Shown here one piece after another: positions 26,862-36,669 of a DNA stretch of 64,000 bases (its first letter is position 1; each line of letters begins with the position of its first letter). The stretch is from an uncultured Myxococcales bacterium (lineage in GTDB: Bacteria; Myxococcota_A; UBA9160; SZUA-336), in the NCBI GenBank assembly GCA_964454165.1, contig CAYVQJ010000084.1:44077-108076 (forward strand), given 5' to 3'. The notes under the pieces were generated by a model, which was given only the letters and a program-made list of their open reading frames with translations, was not told the origin of the DNA and searched no databases. A program made the translations under genes and the position numbers.

Positions 26862-27727
26862 GCGTGCGCGAAGGGAAGCTCACCGGCTTCGAGCTCGAGC
26901 TTCACGAGCCGGGCATCGCGCTCATCCGCTTCGCGGAGCCCGAGCGGCTGAACGGCATGACCTACCCGATGAAGCGCGACCTGATCGAGACGTTGACCCA
27001 GGCGCAGATGGACGACGCCGTGCGCGTGGTGGTCTTCACCGGCTCGGGACGCGCGTTCTCGGCGGGCGACGACATCTCGGGCCACCGGCGCGAGGGCGCC
27101 GGCCCGGGCTTGGTGCCGCCGATCCACGAGGGCCACCGCAACGCGATCGGCACCTACGACGCGCTGCGCGCGCTGTCGCAGGCGCTGAACGTCGCGGTGC
27201 GCAACCTCGACAAGCTGTCGATCGCCGCGATCAACGGCGTGGCGATCCAGACCGGCTTCTCGTTGGCACTCTCCTGCGACTTCCGCATCGCCTCGGCCGA
27301 CGCGCGCATGGGCAGCGCCACGCTGCGCTTCGGCCTGCTGCCCGACGAAGGCGGCCAGTACCTGCTGGTGCAGCTCCTCGGCGTCGCGAGCACGCTGGAC
27401 TTCCTGATGCGCAAGCGCATCGTCTCAGCGAGCGAGGCGCTCGAGCTCGGCCTGGTCCACGAGGTGACGCCGCCGGACAAGCTCCTGGAGCGCGCGCTCG
27501 ACTTCGCGCGCGAGCTCGCCGAAGGACCGCAGGTCGCCATGCGCCTGCTCAAGCGCTCGATCTACAACGCCGCCGAGCTGTCGTTCGCGCAGGCCTGCGA
27601 CGAGATCGCTGCGAAGACTGCTGTCAGTGACCACCATCCCGACGCGCGCGAGGGCGTCGCCGCGTTCCAGCAGAAGCGCAGCCCGCGCTTCAACGAGTGG
27701 CTGGACAAGGAGAAACGGTCGACCTAG
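26858..27727 (+). CDS. enoyl-CoA hydratase/isomerase family protein
   Basis: ATGA overlap with the upstream gene; crotonase motifs GSGRAFSAGDD, AINGVAIQTGFSLALSCD. Confidence 0.85.
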   Translation: MSVREGKLTGFELELHEPGIALIRFAEPERLNGMTYPMKRDLIETLTQAQMDDAVRVVVFTGSGRAFSAGDDISGHRREGAGPGLVPPIHEGHRNAIGTYDALRALSQALNVAVRNLDKLSIAAINGVAIQTGFSLALSCDFRIASADARMGSATLRFGLLPDEGGQYLLVQLLGVASTLDFLMRKRIVSASEALELGLVHEVTPPDKLLERALDFARELAEGPQVAMRLLKRSIYNAAELSFAQACDEIAAKTAVSDHHPDAREGVAAFQQKRSPRFNEWLDKEKRST

Positions 27728-27787
27728 CCGCGTCACGTGCTGCTCGGTCCGACCACTCTCGTAACGAGAGTTGAAGCCGGAGCGGCA

Positions 27788-30700
27788 GTGAGTCGAGTCC
27801 TGATCGCGCTCCTCGTGATCGCAATGAGCGCGCCGGCCGGCGCGGCGCTGGTTCCCTACGAGGCAGTCGACGGCAGCGCCGGGACTGCGCGCGGCAACAA
27901 CCTGGTGGACGTGACCGCCACCAACGCGTGTGGGTTCACCATCGTCGCCGGGAACATCAACCTGACGGGCTGCCGCGACCGCAACGGGGTGCTGTGCCCC
28001 ACGAACGCTGCGTGCGACCTGGACCGCGTGCCCGCCGGGCGCTGCACGCTCGGCAACAATGCCGCGTGCCTGTGGCCGAACGGCGCCGGGTTCTGCACCG
28101 CCGATGGCAACGTCGGCTGCCTGGTGAACCTCGACTGTACGAACAAGGGACTCGCGGGCACCTGCGACACCAGCCAATGCCCGGGCGGAGACTGCAGCGG
28201 GTGCGCCTGCCAGGGCACCGACGACACTCTTGCAACGTTCGAGACGAACGCCGGGCGCTGCGGCGGAACCATCGGTGTCTGTTCCGACGGAGACAGCGAG
28301 TTCGCATACGCACCCTCGATCTCCGGCGGGCTCTGCTTCAACCTCGTCGCGCCTACGGACCGGCCGTTCAACTGCGGTCTCGAGGCGGGCCAGGCGCTGA
28401 CGGGAGCGCGCTCGTCCTTCGAGAATCCCCCGATCTCGCCGTCGCTACAGCGCGAGTCGCCCGCGGGTCCGATCGTCGAGCTGCGCACGACGCAGGTGTA
28501 CGACATCGGGGCCCTGGAACCCGGGCGCGGCAGCATCCGCCGCTTCTCGCTGCTGGCGGATTCCTACTGGGAGGATCCGACCTGGTCGGACAAGACCCTG
28601 ACGGGCGCTGCGGCGAACGCGCACATCTGGACCCTGTGGTGCGACACGCCGACGGGCTGGTCGACGGACGACAACCTGCCGAATGGGCAGAGCTGCTGGA
28701 ACTCGACGGCCAACTCGATCGGATACATCTGGACCCAGGACGTTCCGGCCAACGACTTCCTTCCAGCCGGGTCGCTCACGACGAACCTCGATGTCGACAT
28801 GAACGGTGTCGCGGATTGCCCGCCGCACTGCGGTTTGAACTACGACCTGCACACGTTGGAGCAGCTCGCGCTCGAGGCCGTGCTTCGCCTCGACGTACGT
28901 GCGGGAGCTCAGCTCGCGCTGGAGTCGTTCGTCGATGGCCCGGCGGGCGCGGGAGATCTGGTCGCGGTCGCGAGCGTCGTCAGCCACGTGTGGCTGCCCG
29001 CGATCGATCAGCGCTGCTGGATGGGCGGCGATCCCGAGGCCATCTGCTCGACCTGCGTGGGCGGCCTTTGCAGCGGCTACCTGGCGCTCAGCTGCACCGT
29101 GGGCCGCGACTGTGCGCTCTACACCGGACGCTGTAGCGACAGCGAGCAACCCTGCAACCCGGCCGGCGCCGGCACGGCGTGCCCGGGCGCACAGCTCTGC
29201 CGCTCCTGCGTAGGCGTATTCGCGAGCGGGCTGTGCGTCGGCATCGGCGGCGCCTGCCGTCTCGACTCCGACTGCGCCAACAACAACTGCGGCGACCAGA
29301 ACGGAAACAACATCTATCCGGAGCCGACCGCCCACAACCCGCTCGCGATCCCGGTCGGCTACAACACCTACGGCTTCGCCGAGCTCGAGCTCGAGACCAG
29401 GTGCAACCCGACCCGCCCCGGGCGCCTCGGCCTGGTCACCCACTTCGGACGAGCACTGGCGGCGCCGCTCGCGCTGCTGGTGACGACCGGCGCTGCCGCA
29501 ACCGAGGTGCGCGATCCCGACCTGGGGGGCGCTCCAGCTCCGAATGACACCGGCGCTCTAGGCCTTGTGAGTGGCGCAGCGGTCGGAATCGCAGCTTGGG
29601 GTGGCTATCCCCTGGAAAACGGCAGCTACGCGGTCGGAACGGTGTTTCCCGTCGATCCGACCGGTCCGCCGTGCTGCGCTGCCACGGGAAACGTGACCGG
29701 CGTGCTCGACAAGGCGACGGAGAGCGTGCGACCCGTGATCACGGAGAATGCCGGCGCGATCACCTGGCCCGAGGGGAGCGCTGGGTCGGTACAGACAGCG
29801 CCGTTGCGCACCTCGGGCTGGGGAGGCGGAGCGAACCGAACCCCCGGCTGCCCCGGGGACAGCTCGCTCGTCGGCGCGCCCGCGCCGGATCCCGGACCGT
29901 GCAACGATCCTCTCGGGGGATCGTCGTTCTGTACCGGCGGCGACTGCGAAGGCAACACCGGCGCGGACGACGTGCGCACCACGGCGACGATCGGCGGTGT
30001 GGCGAATGTCCCTGCGCTCAACGCCCGGGCGAAGGTCCCCGACCGGTTCGCGACGGGAACCTCGGCCCCGACGCTCTACGGTGTGGCCACATTCACGGGC
30101 CTGGACGTGGACGTGCTCTCGCCGAGCGACACGGATTTCTCGGCCGCTGTCGAACTCCTGCACTGCCCGATGATCGGCGCGTGCAGCGAGGCGCCGACGC
30201 AGGACTGCATCCGCGACGCGGATTGCGGTGCGGGAAACACCTGCCTGAACCGCGTCAAGCGCTGCGTGACGCTGGAGCCCGACTGCGAGGACCCCGACAT
30301 GGATGGGGTCTACGTGTGCGCCGGGGGTGACAACTGCCCCGATAGGTTCAATCCCGACCAAGCGAACTTCGAAGGAGACGCGCTCGGCGACGCGTGCGAT
30401 GCCTGTGAGACGGTCGTGAACGCCGGCGTGGACACCGACATGGACGGGGTGGACAACGCGTGCGACACCTGCACCAACCAGGGGAACCCGCAGCTCGCCG
30501 GGACGCCGGTGCTGAACCGCACCTTCGTCAGCCACCAGCGCGACGACGACGCGGACGGCCGCGGCAACCGCTGCGACTTCGACTACAACAACACGGGCGT
30601 TGCGATCACCGCCGGGGACTTCAACGACATGAAGTTCTCGCTGCTTCCGAGCTCGGGTTTCACTGCGCTGAACACTTGCGGCGCCACGACGGCCGAGGGT

Positions 30701-30946
30701 GGATCGGGCGCCACGCAGCCGTGCGGCGAGTTCGATCACGACGGCATGGGTTCGACGGTCAGCGCCGGAGATTTCAACCTGTCGAAGGCGGCCGTTGCGG
30801 CAGGCGGTGTGATCAACACCAACTTCCCGAAGTGCACGGCCTGCACAGTCGGCACTGGCTGGTCGAATGTGATCGGCCCGGGAGCTCGCCTCGGGCGGCC
30901 GGTCTGCCAGACCGCCGTCCCCGGGCGCTGCGTCTTCGCGCCTTGA
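27788..30946 (+). CDS. large secreted Cys-rich protein with thrombospondin type-3-like calcium-binding repeats and a conserved ~200-aa C-terminal domain
   Basis: GTG 27788 with GGAG RBS; signal peptide VSRVLIALLVIAMSAPAGAA; many D-x-D-x-D-G-x-x-D-x-C repeats (DPDMDGV, DTDMDGVDNACDTC, DDDADGRGNRCDFD). The C-terminal domain is shared with the 57808-59724 paralog. Confidence 0.75.
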   Translation: MSRVLIALLVIAMSAPAGAALVPYEAVDGSAGTARGNNLVDVTATNACGFTIVAGNINLTGCRDRNGVLCPTNAACDLDRVPAGRCTLGNNAACLWPNGAGFCTADGNVGCLVNLDCTNKGLAGTCDTSQCPGGDCSGCACQGTDDTLATFETNAGRCGGTIGVCSDGDSEFAYAPSISGGLCFNLVAPTDRPFNCGLEAGQALTGARSSFENPPISPSLQRESPAGPIVELRTTQVYDIGALEPGRGSIRRFSLLADSYWEDPTWSDKTLTGAAANAHIWTLWCDTPTGWSTDDNLPNGQSCWNSTANSIGYIWTQDVPANDFLPAGSLTTNLDVDMNGVADCPPHCGLNYDLHTLEQLALEAVLRLDVRAGAQLALESFVDGPAGAGDLVAVASVVSHVWLPAIDQRCWMGGDPEAICSTCVGGLCSGYLALSCTVGRDCALYTGRCSDSEQPCNPAGAGTACPGAQLCRSCVGVFASGLCVGIGGACRLDSDCANNNCGDQNGNNIYPEPTAHNPLAIPVGYNTYGFAELELETRCNPTRPGRLGLVTHFGRALAAPLALLVTTGAAATEVRDPDLGGAPAPNDTGALGLVSGAAVGIAAWGGYPLENGSYAVGTVFPVDPTGPPCCAATGNVTGVLDKATESVRPVITENAGAITWPEGSAGSVQTAPLRTSGWGGGANRTPGCPGDSSLVGAPAPDPGPCNDPLGGSSFCTGGDCEGNTGADDVRTTATIGGVANVPALNARAKVPDRFATGTSAPTLYGVATFTGLDVDVLSPSDTDFSAAVELLHCPMIGACSEAPTQDCIRDADCGAGNTCLNRVKRCVTLEPDCEDPDMDGVYVCAGGDNCPDRFNPDQANFEGDALGDACDACETVVNAGVDTDMDGVDNACDTCTNQGNPQLAGTPVLNRTFVSHQRDDDADGRGNRCDFDYNNTGVAITAGDFNDMKFSLLPSSGFTALNTCGATTAEGGSGATQPCGEFDHDGMGSTVSAGDFNLSKAAVAAGGVINTNFPKCTACTVGTGWSNVIGPGARLGRPVCQTAVPGRCVFAP

Positions 30947-31046
30947 GGTCCGGCCTGAGCCGCGATGGCTGTCGCCAAGCGGCCTTCGCTCGGCTGCGCC
31001 TCGCTGCGCGCGCTTCGCGCTTGCGAGGTAGGCTCTCGGCTCGACG

Positions 31047-31745
31047 ATGATCTGTCTGTCGTTCGACAACCTCGGCGGCATCGCGGAGGGTGACTTCGAT
31101 CCGGCGCATCCGGCGCTGGCGGTCGGGCTGCCGCGCATCCTGGCACTGCTCGAGCGTCTCGGTGTGCGCGCGACCTTCTTCGTCGAAGGCCACGCGGGGG
31201 AGATCTTTCCCGACGCCGTGCGGGCGATCGCGCGTGCCGGGCACGAGGTCGCGCTGCACGCGTGGCAGCACGAGCAGTGGGGAGCACTCGCGCCCGCGGA
31301 GGAGGAGCGTCTACTTGCGCTTGGCGTAGACGCGCTGACGAAGCTGCTCGGCGCGCCGCCGCGCGGGTTCCGCCCGCCCGGAGGCAAGCTCACCGACGCG
31401 AGCGCCGAACTCTTCGCCGCACACGGGATCGCGTGGGTCTCGACCGCGGAAGGGCACACTCGCGGGCTGGCGGGCGCGGCGTTTACCTGGCGTCGCGTAG
31501 ACGCCACGAACACGATCCCGCGCCTCGGTGGGCGTGAGACCCCGGAGCAGTGCTTCGCGCGCTGGCTCGACGAGGCGCGCGCGCACGAATCCCGCTCGCC
31601 CGAGGCTCCGTGGGTCACCGTGGCGCACCCGTTCTGCGCGGGTCTCGACCCGGCGTGGCCGGCGTTCGAGCGCTTCGCCGAGGCGCTCGCCCATGCGGTC
31701 GGACCTGCTGCATTCCACACGTTGGGCGACGCCTCGGCGGTGTAG
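31047..31745 (+). CDS. polysaccharide deacetylase (NodB-homology) family protein
   Basis: RATFFVEGH...HEVALHAWQHE matches the NodB motifs. Confidence 0.8.
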   Translation: MICLSFDNLGGIAEGDFDPAHPALAVGLPRILALLERLGVRATFFVEGHAGEIFPDAVRAIARAGHEVALHAWQHEQWGALAPAEEERLLALGVDALTKLLGAPPRGFRPPGGKLTDASAELFAAHGIAWVSTAEGHTRGLAGAAFTWRRVDATNTIPRLGGRETPEQCFARWLDEARAHESRSPEAPWVTVAHPFCAGLDPAWPAFERFAEALAHAVGPAAFHTLGDASAV

Positions 31746-31766
31746 GATCGCCCGAGGGAGGAGCCG

Positions 31767-33314
31767 ATGAACCCGATCGTTGTTACGCAGCAGGGCAAGC
31801 TTGAAGGCCTCGAGCGCGGCGGCATGCAGGTGTTCCTGGGCATTCCGTACGCCGCCCCGCCGGTAGGAGCGCGCCGCTGGCTGCCGCCCGCCCCGCCCGA
31901 GCGCTGGTCCGGCGTGCGGCGCGCGCAGACCGCCTCGCCCGCGGCGCCGCAGAACCCGATCCCCATCGACATCCTGCCGATCCTGAAGCTCGACGGCCCG
32001 CAGAGCGAAGATTGCCTGTACCTCAACGTCTGGACGCCCGCGCTCGACGGCGCGCAGCGCCCCGTGCTGTTCTGGATCCACGGCGGTGGCTTCACGATCG
32101 GCTCCGGCACGCAGCTCCTCGAGGACTACGACGGTTCCCTCGCGAGGCGAGGCGACTGCGTGATGGTGTCGATCAACTACCGTCTGGGCCCGCTCGGCTT
32201 CCTGAATCTGCGCGAGCTCACGAACGGCGCGATCCCGGCGTGCGGCAACGAGGGGCTGCTCGATCAGATCGCCGCGCTCGCGTGGGTGCGCGACAACATC
32301 GCGTCGTTCGGCGGCGATCCCGACAACGTGACGATCTTCGGCGAGTCGGCCGGCGGCATGAGCGTGGGGTCGCTGTGCGGCATGCCCGCTGCGGCGGGCC
32401 TGTTCCACAAGGCGATCCCGCAGAGCGGCGCGACCAACACCGCGAGCTCGCTCGGGCGCGCGGTGAAGGTGGCCGAGCGCTGCGCGGGGATCCTCGGCAC
32501 GCGCGACGCCGCCGTGCTGCGCGCGCTAGACGTGCCGACGCTGCTCGCGCTCCAGCCCAAGCTCGTGCCGGGACCGGGCCAGCAGGACCCGGAGATCGGC
32601 GCGATGCCGTTCCAGCCGTGCGTGGACGGCGACGAGCTGCCGACCAGCGCGATCGAGGCAGTGCGGCGCGGGCTGGCGCGCGGCGTCGCGCTGCTCGTCG
32701 GCGCGACGAGCGAAGAGTGGAAGCTGTTCGGCGCGATCGACCCCACGCTCCAGACGCTGGACGAGGCGCGCCTCGGACCGCTCTGCGCGTCGCGCGCGCC
32801 TGGCGGTGAGAGCATCGTGTCGGCGTACCGCACCGCCCGTGCGGCACGCGGACAGAGCACGACGCCGCGCGAGCTGTTCATGGCATTCGAGACCGACCGC
32901 GTGTTCCGCGTCCCGGCACAGCGCATGCTCGAAGCGCAGGCCGCGCACGAGCGCCGGCTGTACTCGTATCTCGTCACGTGGCCCTCGCCCGCGTTCGGCG
33001 GGATGCTCGGCGCCTGTCACGCCGTCGAGCTCGGGCCGCTGTTCGGGATCCACGACAAGACGCCGGTGCTCGCCGACTTCTTCGGACGCGGCCCGGCGGC
33101 CGACGCGCTCTCGCGGGCGATGCAGGAGGCGTGGACTGCCTTCGCGAAGAGCGGCGATCCGAGTGGACCGTCGCTCGGCCGCTGGCCCGCCTGGGACGCA
33201 GCGCGCCGCGCCACCATGCTGCTCGGCGAAAAGTGCTCGGTGGAGCACGATCCGCTCGGCGCCGAGCGCCAGGCGTGGGACGGTGCACCCGACGCCGTCA
33301 TCGGCACTCTCTAG
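31767..33314 (+). CDS. carboxylesterase type B (para-nitrobenzyl-esterase-like)
   Basis: FWIHGGGF oxyanion-hole region and nucleophile elbow GESAGG. Confidence 0.9.
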   Translation: MNPIVVTQQGKLEGLERGGMQVFLGIPYAAPPVGARRWLPPAPPERWSGVRRAQTASPAAPQNPIPIDILPILKLDGPQSEDCLYLNVWTPALDGAQRPVLFWIHGGGFTIGSGTQLLEDYDGSLARRGDCVMVSINYRLGPLGFLNLRELTNGAIPACGNEGLLDQIAALAWVRDNIASFGGDPDNVTIFGESAGGMSVGSLCGMPAAAGLFHKAIPQSGATNTASSLGRAVKVAERCAGILGTRDAAVLRALDVPTLLALQPKLVPGPGQQDPEIGAMPFQPCVDGDELPTSAIEAVRRGLARGVALLVGATSEEWKLFGAIDPTLQTLDEARLGPLCASRAPGGESIVSAYRTARAARGQSTTPRELFMAFETDRVFRVPAQRMLEAQAAHERRLYSYLVTWPSPAFGGMLGACHAVELGPLFGIHDKTPVLADFFGRGPAADALSRAMQEAWTAFAKSGDPSGPSLGRWPAWDAARRATMLLGEKCSVEHDPLGAERQAWDGAPDAVIGTL

Positions 33315-33344
33315 CCCACAACGCATCCAGCGGAGGAAATCCCG

Positions 33345-34232
33345 ATGCCCAGCTCACAACACGAAATGGTCGTTCAGATGCTCGTCGCGCGGCCGCGGCC
33401 GCAGAACCCGACGCTCGCCGAGATGCGCGCCGGCTTCGAGGCGCTCGTCCAGATGTTCCCGGTGCCGGCGGACGTCGTGCGCGAGCCCGTCCAGGTCGGG
33501 CGCATCGCGGCGGAGTGGGTGAGTGTCCCCGGCAGCCGCAGCGATCGCGCCGTGCTGTACCTGCACGGCGGCGGCTACGTGATCGGCTCGCTGAACACGC
33601 ACCGAGAGCTGGCGTCGCGCATTGCGCGGGCGACGCAGACGCGCGTGCTCATGATCGACTACCGGCTCGCGCCGGAGCACCCGTTCCCGGCCGCGGTCGA
33701 CGATGCGACCGCCGCCTATCGCTGGCTGCTCGCGAGCGGGCTCCCGGCCGGTCGTATCGCAGTGATGGGCGACTCGGCCGGAGGCGGGCTCACGCTCGCC
33801 ACGCTGCTCGCGCTGCGCGGTGGGCGCGATCCGCTCCCCGCGGCGGGAGTCTGCCTGTCGCCGTGGACCGACCTCGAGGGAACCGGCGCCTCGGCCCAGC
33901 CGGGCGGCGCCGACGATCCCCTGCTCGAGCTCGCGGGCCTGCGCGAGATGGGCCGCCACTACGCGGCGCACGACCCGCGCAATCCGCTTGCGGCACCCTT
34001 GCACGCGGACTTTCGAGGACTTCCGCCACTACTGCTCCAGGTCGGCACGCGCGAGCTCCTGCTCGACGACTCCACGCGCGTGGCCCAGAAGGCGAAGGCC
34101 GCCGGCGTGGACGTGACGCTCGAGAAGTGGGACGGCCTGATCCACGTCTGGCAGCTCTTCGGCCCCACGGTCCCCGAAGCCGAGCAAGCCGTCGCCCGCA
34201 TCGGCGAGTTCGTCCGCAAGCACGTGGGATAG
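33345..34232 (+). CDS. alpha/beta hydrolase, hormone-sensitive-lipase-like esterase family
   Basis: HGGGY oxyanion motif and GDSAGG nucleophile elbow. Confidence 0.9.
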   Translation: MPSSQHEMVVQMLVARPRPQNPTLAEMRAGFEALVQMFPVPADVVREPVQVGRIAAEWVSVPGSRSDRAVLYLHGGGYVIGSLNTHRELASRIARATQTRVLMIDYRLAPEHPFPAAVDDATAAYRWLLASGLPAGRIAVMGDSAGGGLTLATLLALRGGRDPLPAAGVCLSPWTDLEGTGASAQPGGADDPLLELAGLREMGRHYAAHDPRNPLAAPLHADFRGLPPLLLQVGTRELLLDDSTRVAQKAKAAGVDVTLEKWDGLIHVWQLFGPTVPEAEQAVARIGEFVRKHVG

Positions 34233-34242
34233 CCGTTCAGGC

Positions 34243-35046
34243 TCAAGCGGGAGTCGTTCGGAACTCCGCGTAGACGCCGAAGTGGTCGGAGGGCCAGACT
34301 CCGGCGTCGGCGCTGTCGCACACGACCTGACAGCGCTCGATCCGGCCGACGCCGTCGGGGCGCGGCGGCGTTGCGAACACGTAGTCGATGCGGCGGTCGG
34401 GCTCCTGACCGACGCGCGCGTAGTCGTTGCGGTTGCACCAGGTGATGCCGGGCCCACCGTCGCCCGCATAGCGCCACGCATCCATGAAGTAGACACTGCG
34501 GCTGTCGAGTGACTGCAGCCCGGTCACGTAGCGGATCTCCGCAGAGTCAGGCTCGCCGTTCCAGTCGCCGGCCATCACGGCCGGGAAGCCGCCGCGCGGC
34601 CGCCGCCGCAGCGCGAGCGCGCAGACCGCGGCCGCCTGCTTCTCGCGCAGGAAGCCGTGGTGCCCGCGCCAGGCCAGGTGCGTGACGTTCATGCACAGCG
34701 GACCGAACGGCGCGTCGATCGTCACCGAGAGCGCGACGCGGCGCTCGTCGTCCGCCATCGGCAGATAGAGCTCCTCGCGCTCGCGGATCGGCCAGCGACT
34801 GGCGATCGCGTTGCCGAATGCGAACGAGCGGTCCTCCCAGAAGTCCACCGCCTTCAGGAAGTCGAGGTGGTACGGGCGCCCTTCGAACAGCACGGCGAGC
34901 TGATCGAGCCCGGGTCCGCGTAGAACCTCCTGCAGCGCGACCACATCGGGATCGAGCCGGTCGAGCCAGGCCCGAATGCGCCCGGCGCGCTCCGGCCAGG
35001 GCCCGCTGCGATTCCAGATGTTCAGGGTGAGCACGCGCAGGGTCAT
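34243..35046 (-). CDS. endonuclease/exonuclease/phosphatase (EEP) family protein
   Basis: 267 aa from MTLRVLTLNIW (ATG 35046); EEP motifs (VVALQEV, SDHFGV). Confidence 0.8.
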   Translation of the reverse strand: MTLRVLTLNIWNRSGPWPERAGRIRAWLDRLDPDVVALQEVLRGPGLDQLAVLFEGRPYHLDFLKAVDFWEDRSFAFGNAIASRWPIREREELYLPMADDERRVALSVTIDAPFGPLCMNVTHLAWRGHHGFLREKQAAAVCALALRRRPRGGFPAVMAGDWNGEPDSAEIRYVTGLQSLDSRSVYFMDAWRYAGDGGPGITWCNRNDYARVGQEPDRRIDYVFATPPRPDGVGRIERCQVVCDSADAGVWPSDHFGVYAEFRTTPA

Positions 35047-35154
35047 CGCGAAGATCCTACCCGGGCGGGCCCGGCGCTTGCACGATGCGGTCGCAGCCAC
35101 GCCGGGCGCGTGCTCGCGTCGAGCGACGCGGCCGGGGTGCAGGGGAGAGCTTTC

Positions 35155-36669
35155 ATGTGCAAGCGGATGCTGGCGGCGACTCTCGGACTCGCGCTCGCGG
35201 CCCCCGTGGCGGCGGCGACCGGCGGCGATCTCGCCGCCGAGCTCCGCGCGATTCTCGAGCAGGAGCGGGAGCGGAGCGGGGTTCCCGCGCTCTCTCTTGC
35301 GCTGGTCCAGGACGGGGCGCTGGCGGCGGAGGTCGCGTCGGGATACGCGGACGTAGAAGCGCGACGCGAAGCGACCCCGGACACGGTGTTCGGCGGGGCG
35401 TCGGTGTCCAAGCTGATGACGGCCACGCTCGTGATGCGCGCGGTCGAGCGCGGCGCGCTCGAGCTCGATGCGCCGGCGAATCGCCACCTGCCGTCCGAGC
35501 GCTGGATCCGCGACGCGGCAGGCGCGCCGGTCGACGCGACGCTGCGCCAGATGCTGACGCACACCTCGGGTATTCCCGTGAGCTGGGCGGGTATCCAGTT
35601 CGAAGCCGACGATGGCACGCCCGACCTCGTCGAGTTCCTCGCGCAGGGTCTCCGCACGATCCGCGCCCCGGGCGAGAAGATCATCTACGCCAACGACGCG
35701 TACGGCCTGCTCGGCTATTTGGCCGCGCAGGCGGCTGGGCGCGACTTCGCCGAGCTCGCGCGCGACGAGCTGTTCGCGCCGCTCAGCATGAGCAGCTCGA
35801 GCTTCCGCCGCGCTCCGGAGCTCGCGGCCAGGAGCGCGCGCGGCTACGGTGGCTACTTCGGCGGCGACGAGCCGCTCGGCGCGCCGTTCGAGAGCGTCGT
35901 CAATCCCGCCGGGTCGCTGGTCACGACCCCGCGCGATCTCACGCGGTTCGCGCGCATGGTGCTCGGGCGCGGCGAGCTCGACGGCGTCCGCATCCTGAGT
36001 GCCGACACGCTCGCGGAGATGCTCCGGCTGCAGGCGAGATCGCATCCGGCGCACGACGAGGGCTACGGCCTCGGCTTCATGGTTCGCGAGCGGGGTGCCC
36101 GCAAGCAGGTCTGGCACGATGGCGATCTCCCGGGGGTCGCCGCGCGCGTACTACTCCTGCCCGCGCAAGGCGCCGCCGTGGCGGTGCTCGCCAACAAGAA
36201 CGACCACGATCCGGTGAACCGCGCCGCGCGTCGCGCGCTCGCGCTGGTCGCCGGCGCCGAGAAGATCTCCGCTCCGACGCCCGACGTGAGCGCGCTCTCG
36301 GCGTGGAGCGGCACGTATCGCGCCGCGGACATGGTGCCGCCGCGGCTCGGCTTCCTCGAGCTGCTGTTCAACGTGGAGGTGACGGCGCGGGACGGGCACC
36401 TGGTCGGCTACATGCCCATCATCGGCCAGGAGCTCGAGCTGCAACCCCTCGGCGGCGACCGCTTCCGCATCCTCGGCGGCGTCCTCGACGACTCCACGCT
36501 GGTCTTCGCCCGCGACGCGCTCTACGCGAGCTTCGTCGAGATGCGCCGCATCGGCCCCTGGCAGAGCGCCCGCGCGCTCCTCGCCTATGCCGCGCTGCTC
36601 GGTGTCGCCGCCTTGGTCAGCATCGGCTGGCTGGGCGTTCGCCTCGTCCGGCGGCTACGCGCTGGCTGA
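35155..36669 (+). CDS. secreted serine hydrolase (beta-lactamase-related) with C-terminal TM anchor
   Basis: Signal peptide MCKRMLAATLGLALAAPVAA; S-x-x-K motif (ASVSK); C-terminal hydrophobic segment LLAYAALLGVAALVSIGWLGV. Confidence 0.85.
   Translation: MCKRMLAATLGLALAAPVAAATGGDLAAELRAILEQERERSGVPALSLALVQDGALAAEVASGYADVEARREATPDTVFGGASVSKLMTATLVMRAVERGALELDAPANRHLPSERWIRDAAGAPVDATLRQMLTHTSGIPVSWAGIQFEADDGTPDLVEFLAQGLRTIRAPGEKIIYANDAYGLLGYLAAQAAGRDFAELARDELFAPLSMSSSSFRRAPELAARSARGYGGYFGGDEPLGAPFESVVNPAGSLVTTPRDLTRFARMVLGRGELDGVRILSADTLAEMLRLQARSHPAHDEGYGLGFMVRERGARKQVWHDGDLPGVAARVLLLPAQGAAVAVLANKNDHDPVNRAARRALALVAGAEKISAPTPDVSALSAWSGTYRAADMVPPRLGFLELLFNVEVTARDGHLVGYMPIIGQELELQPLGGDRFRILGGVLDDSTLVFARDALYASFVEMRRIGPWQSARALLAYAALLGVAALVSIGWLGVRLVRRLRAG

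Noticed and set aside
29558-32110. 850-aa minus-strand ORF
   Set aside because: Antisense to the TSP3 secreted protein and the deacetylase genes. Composition is Arg/Ala/Gly-rich with no motifs, so it is a spurious high-GC ORF.
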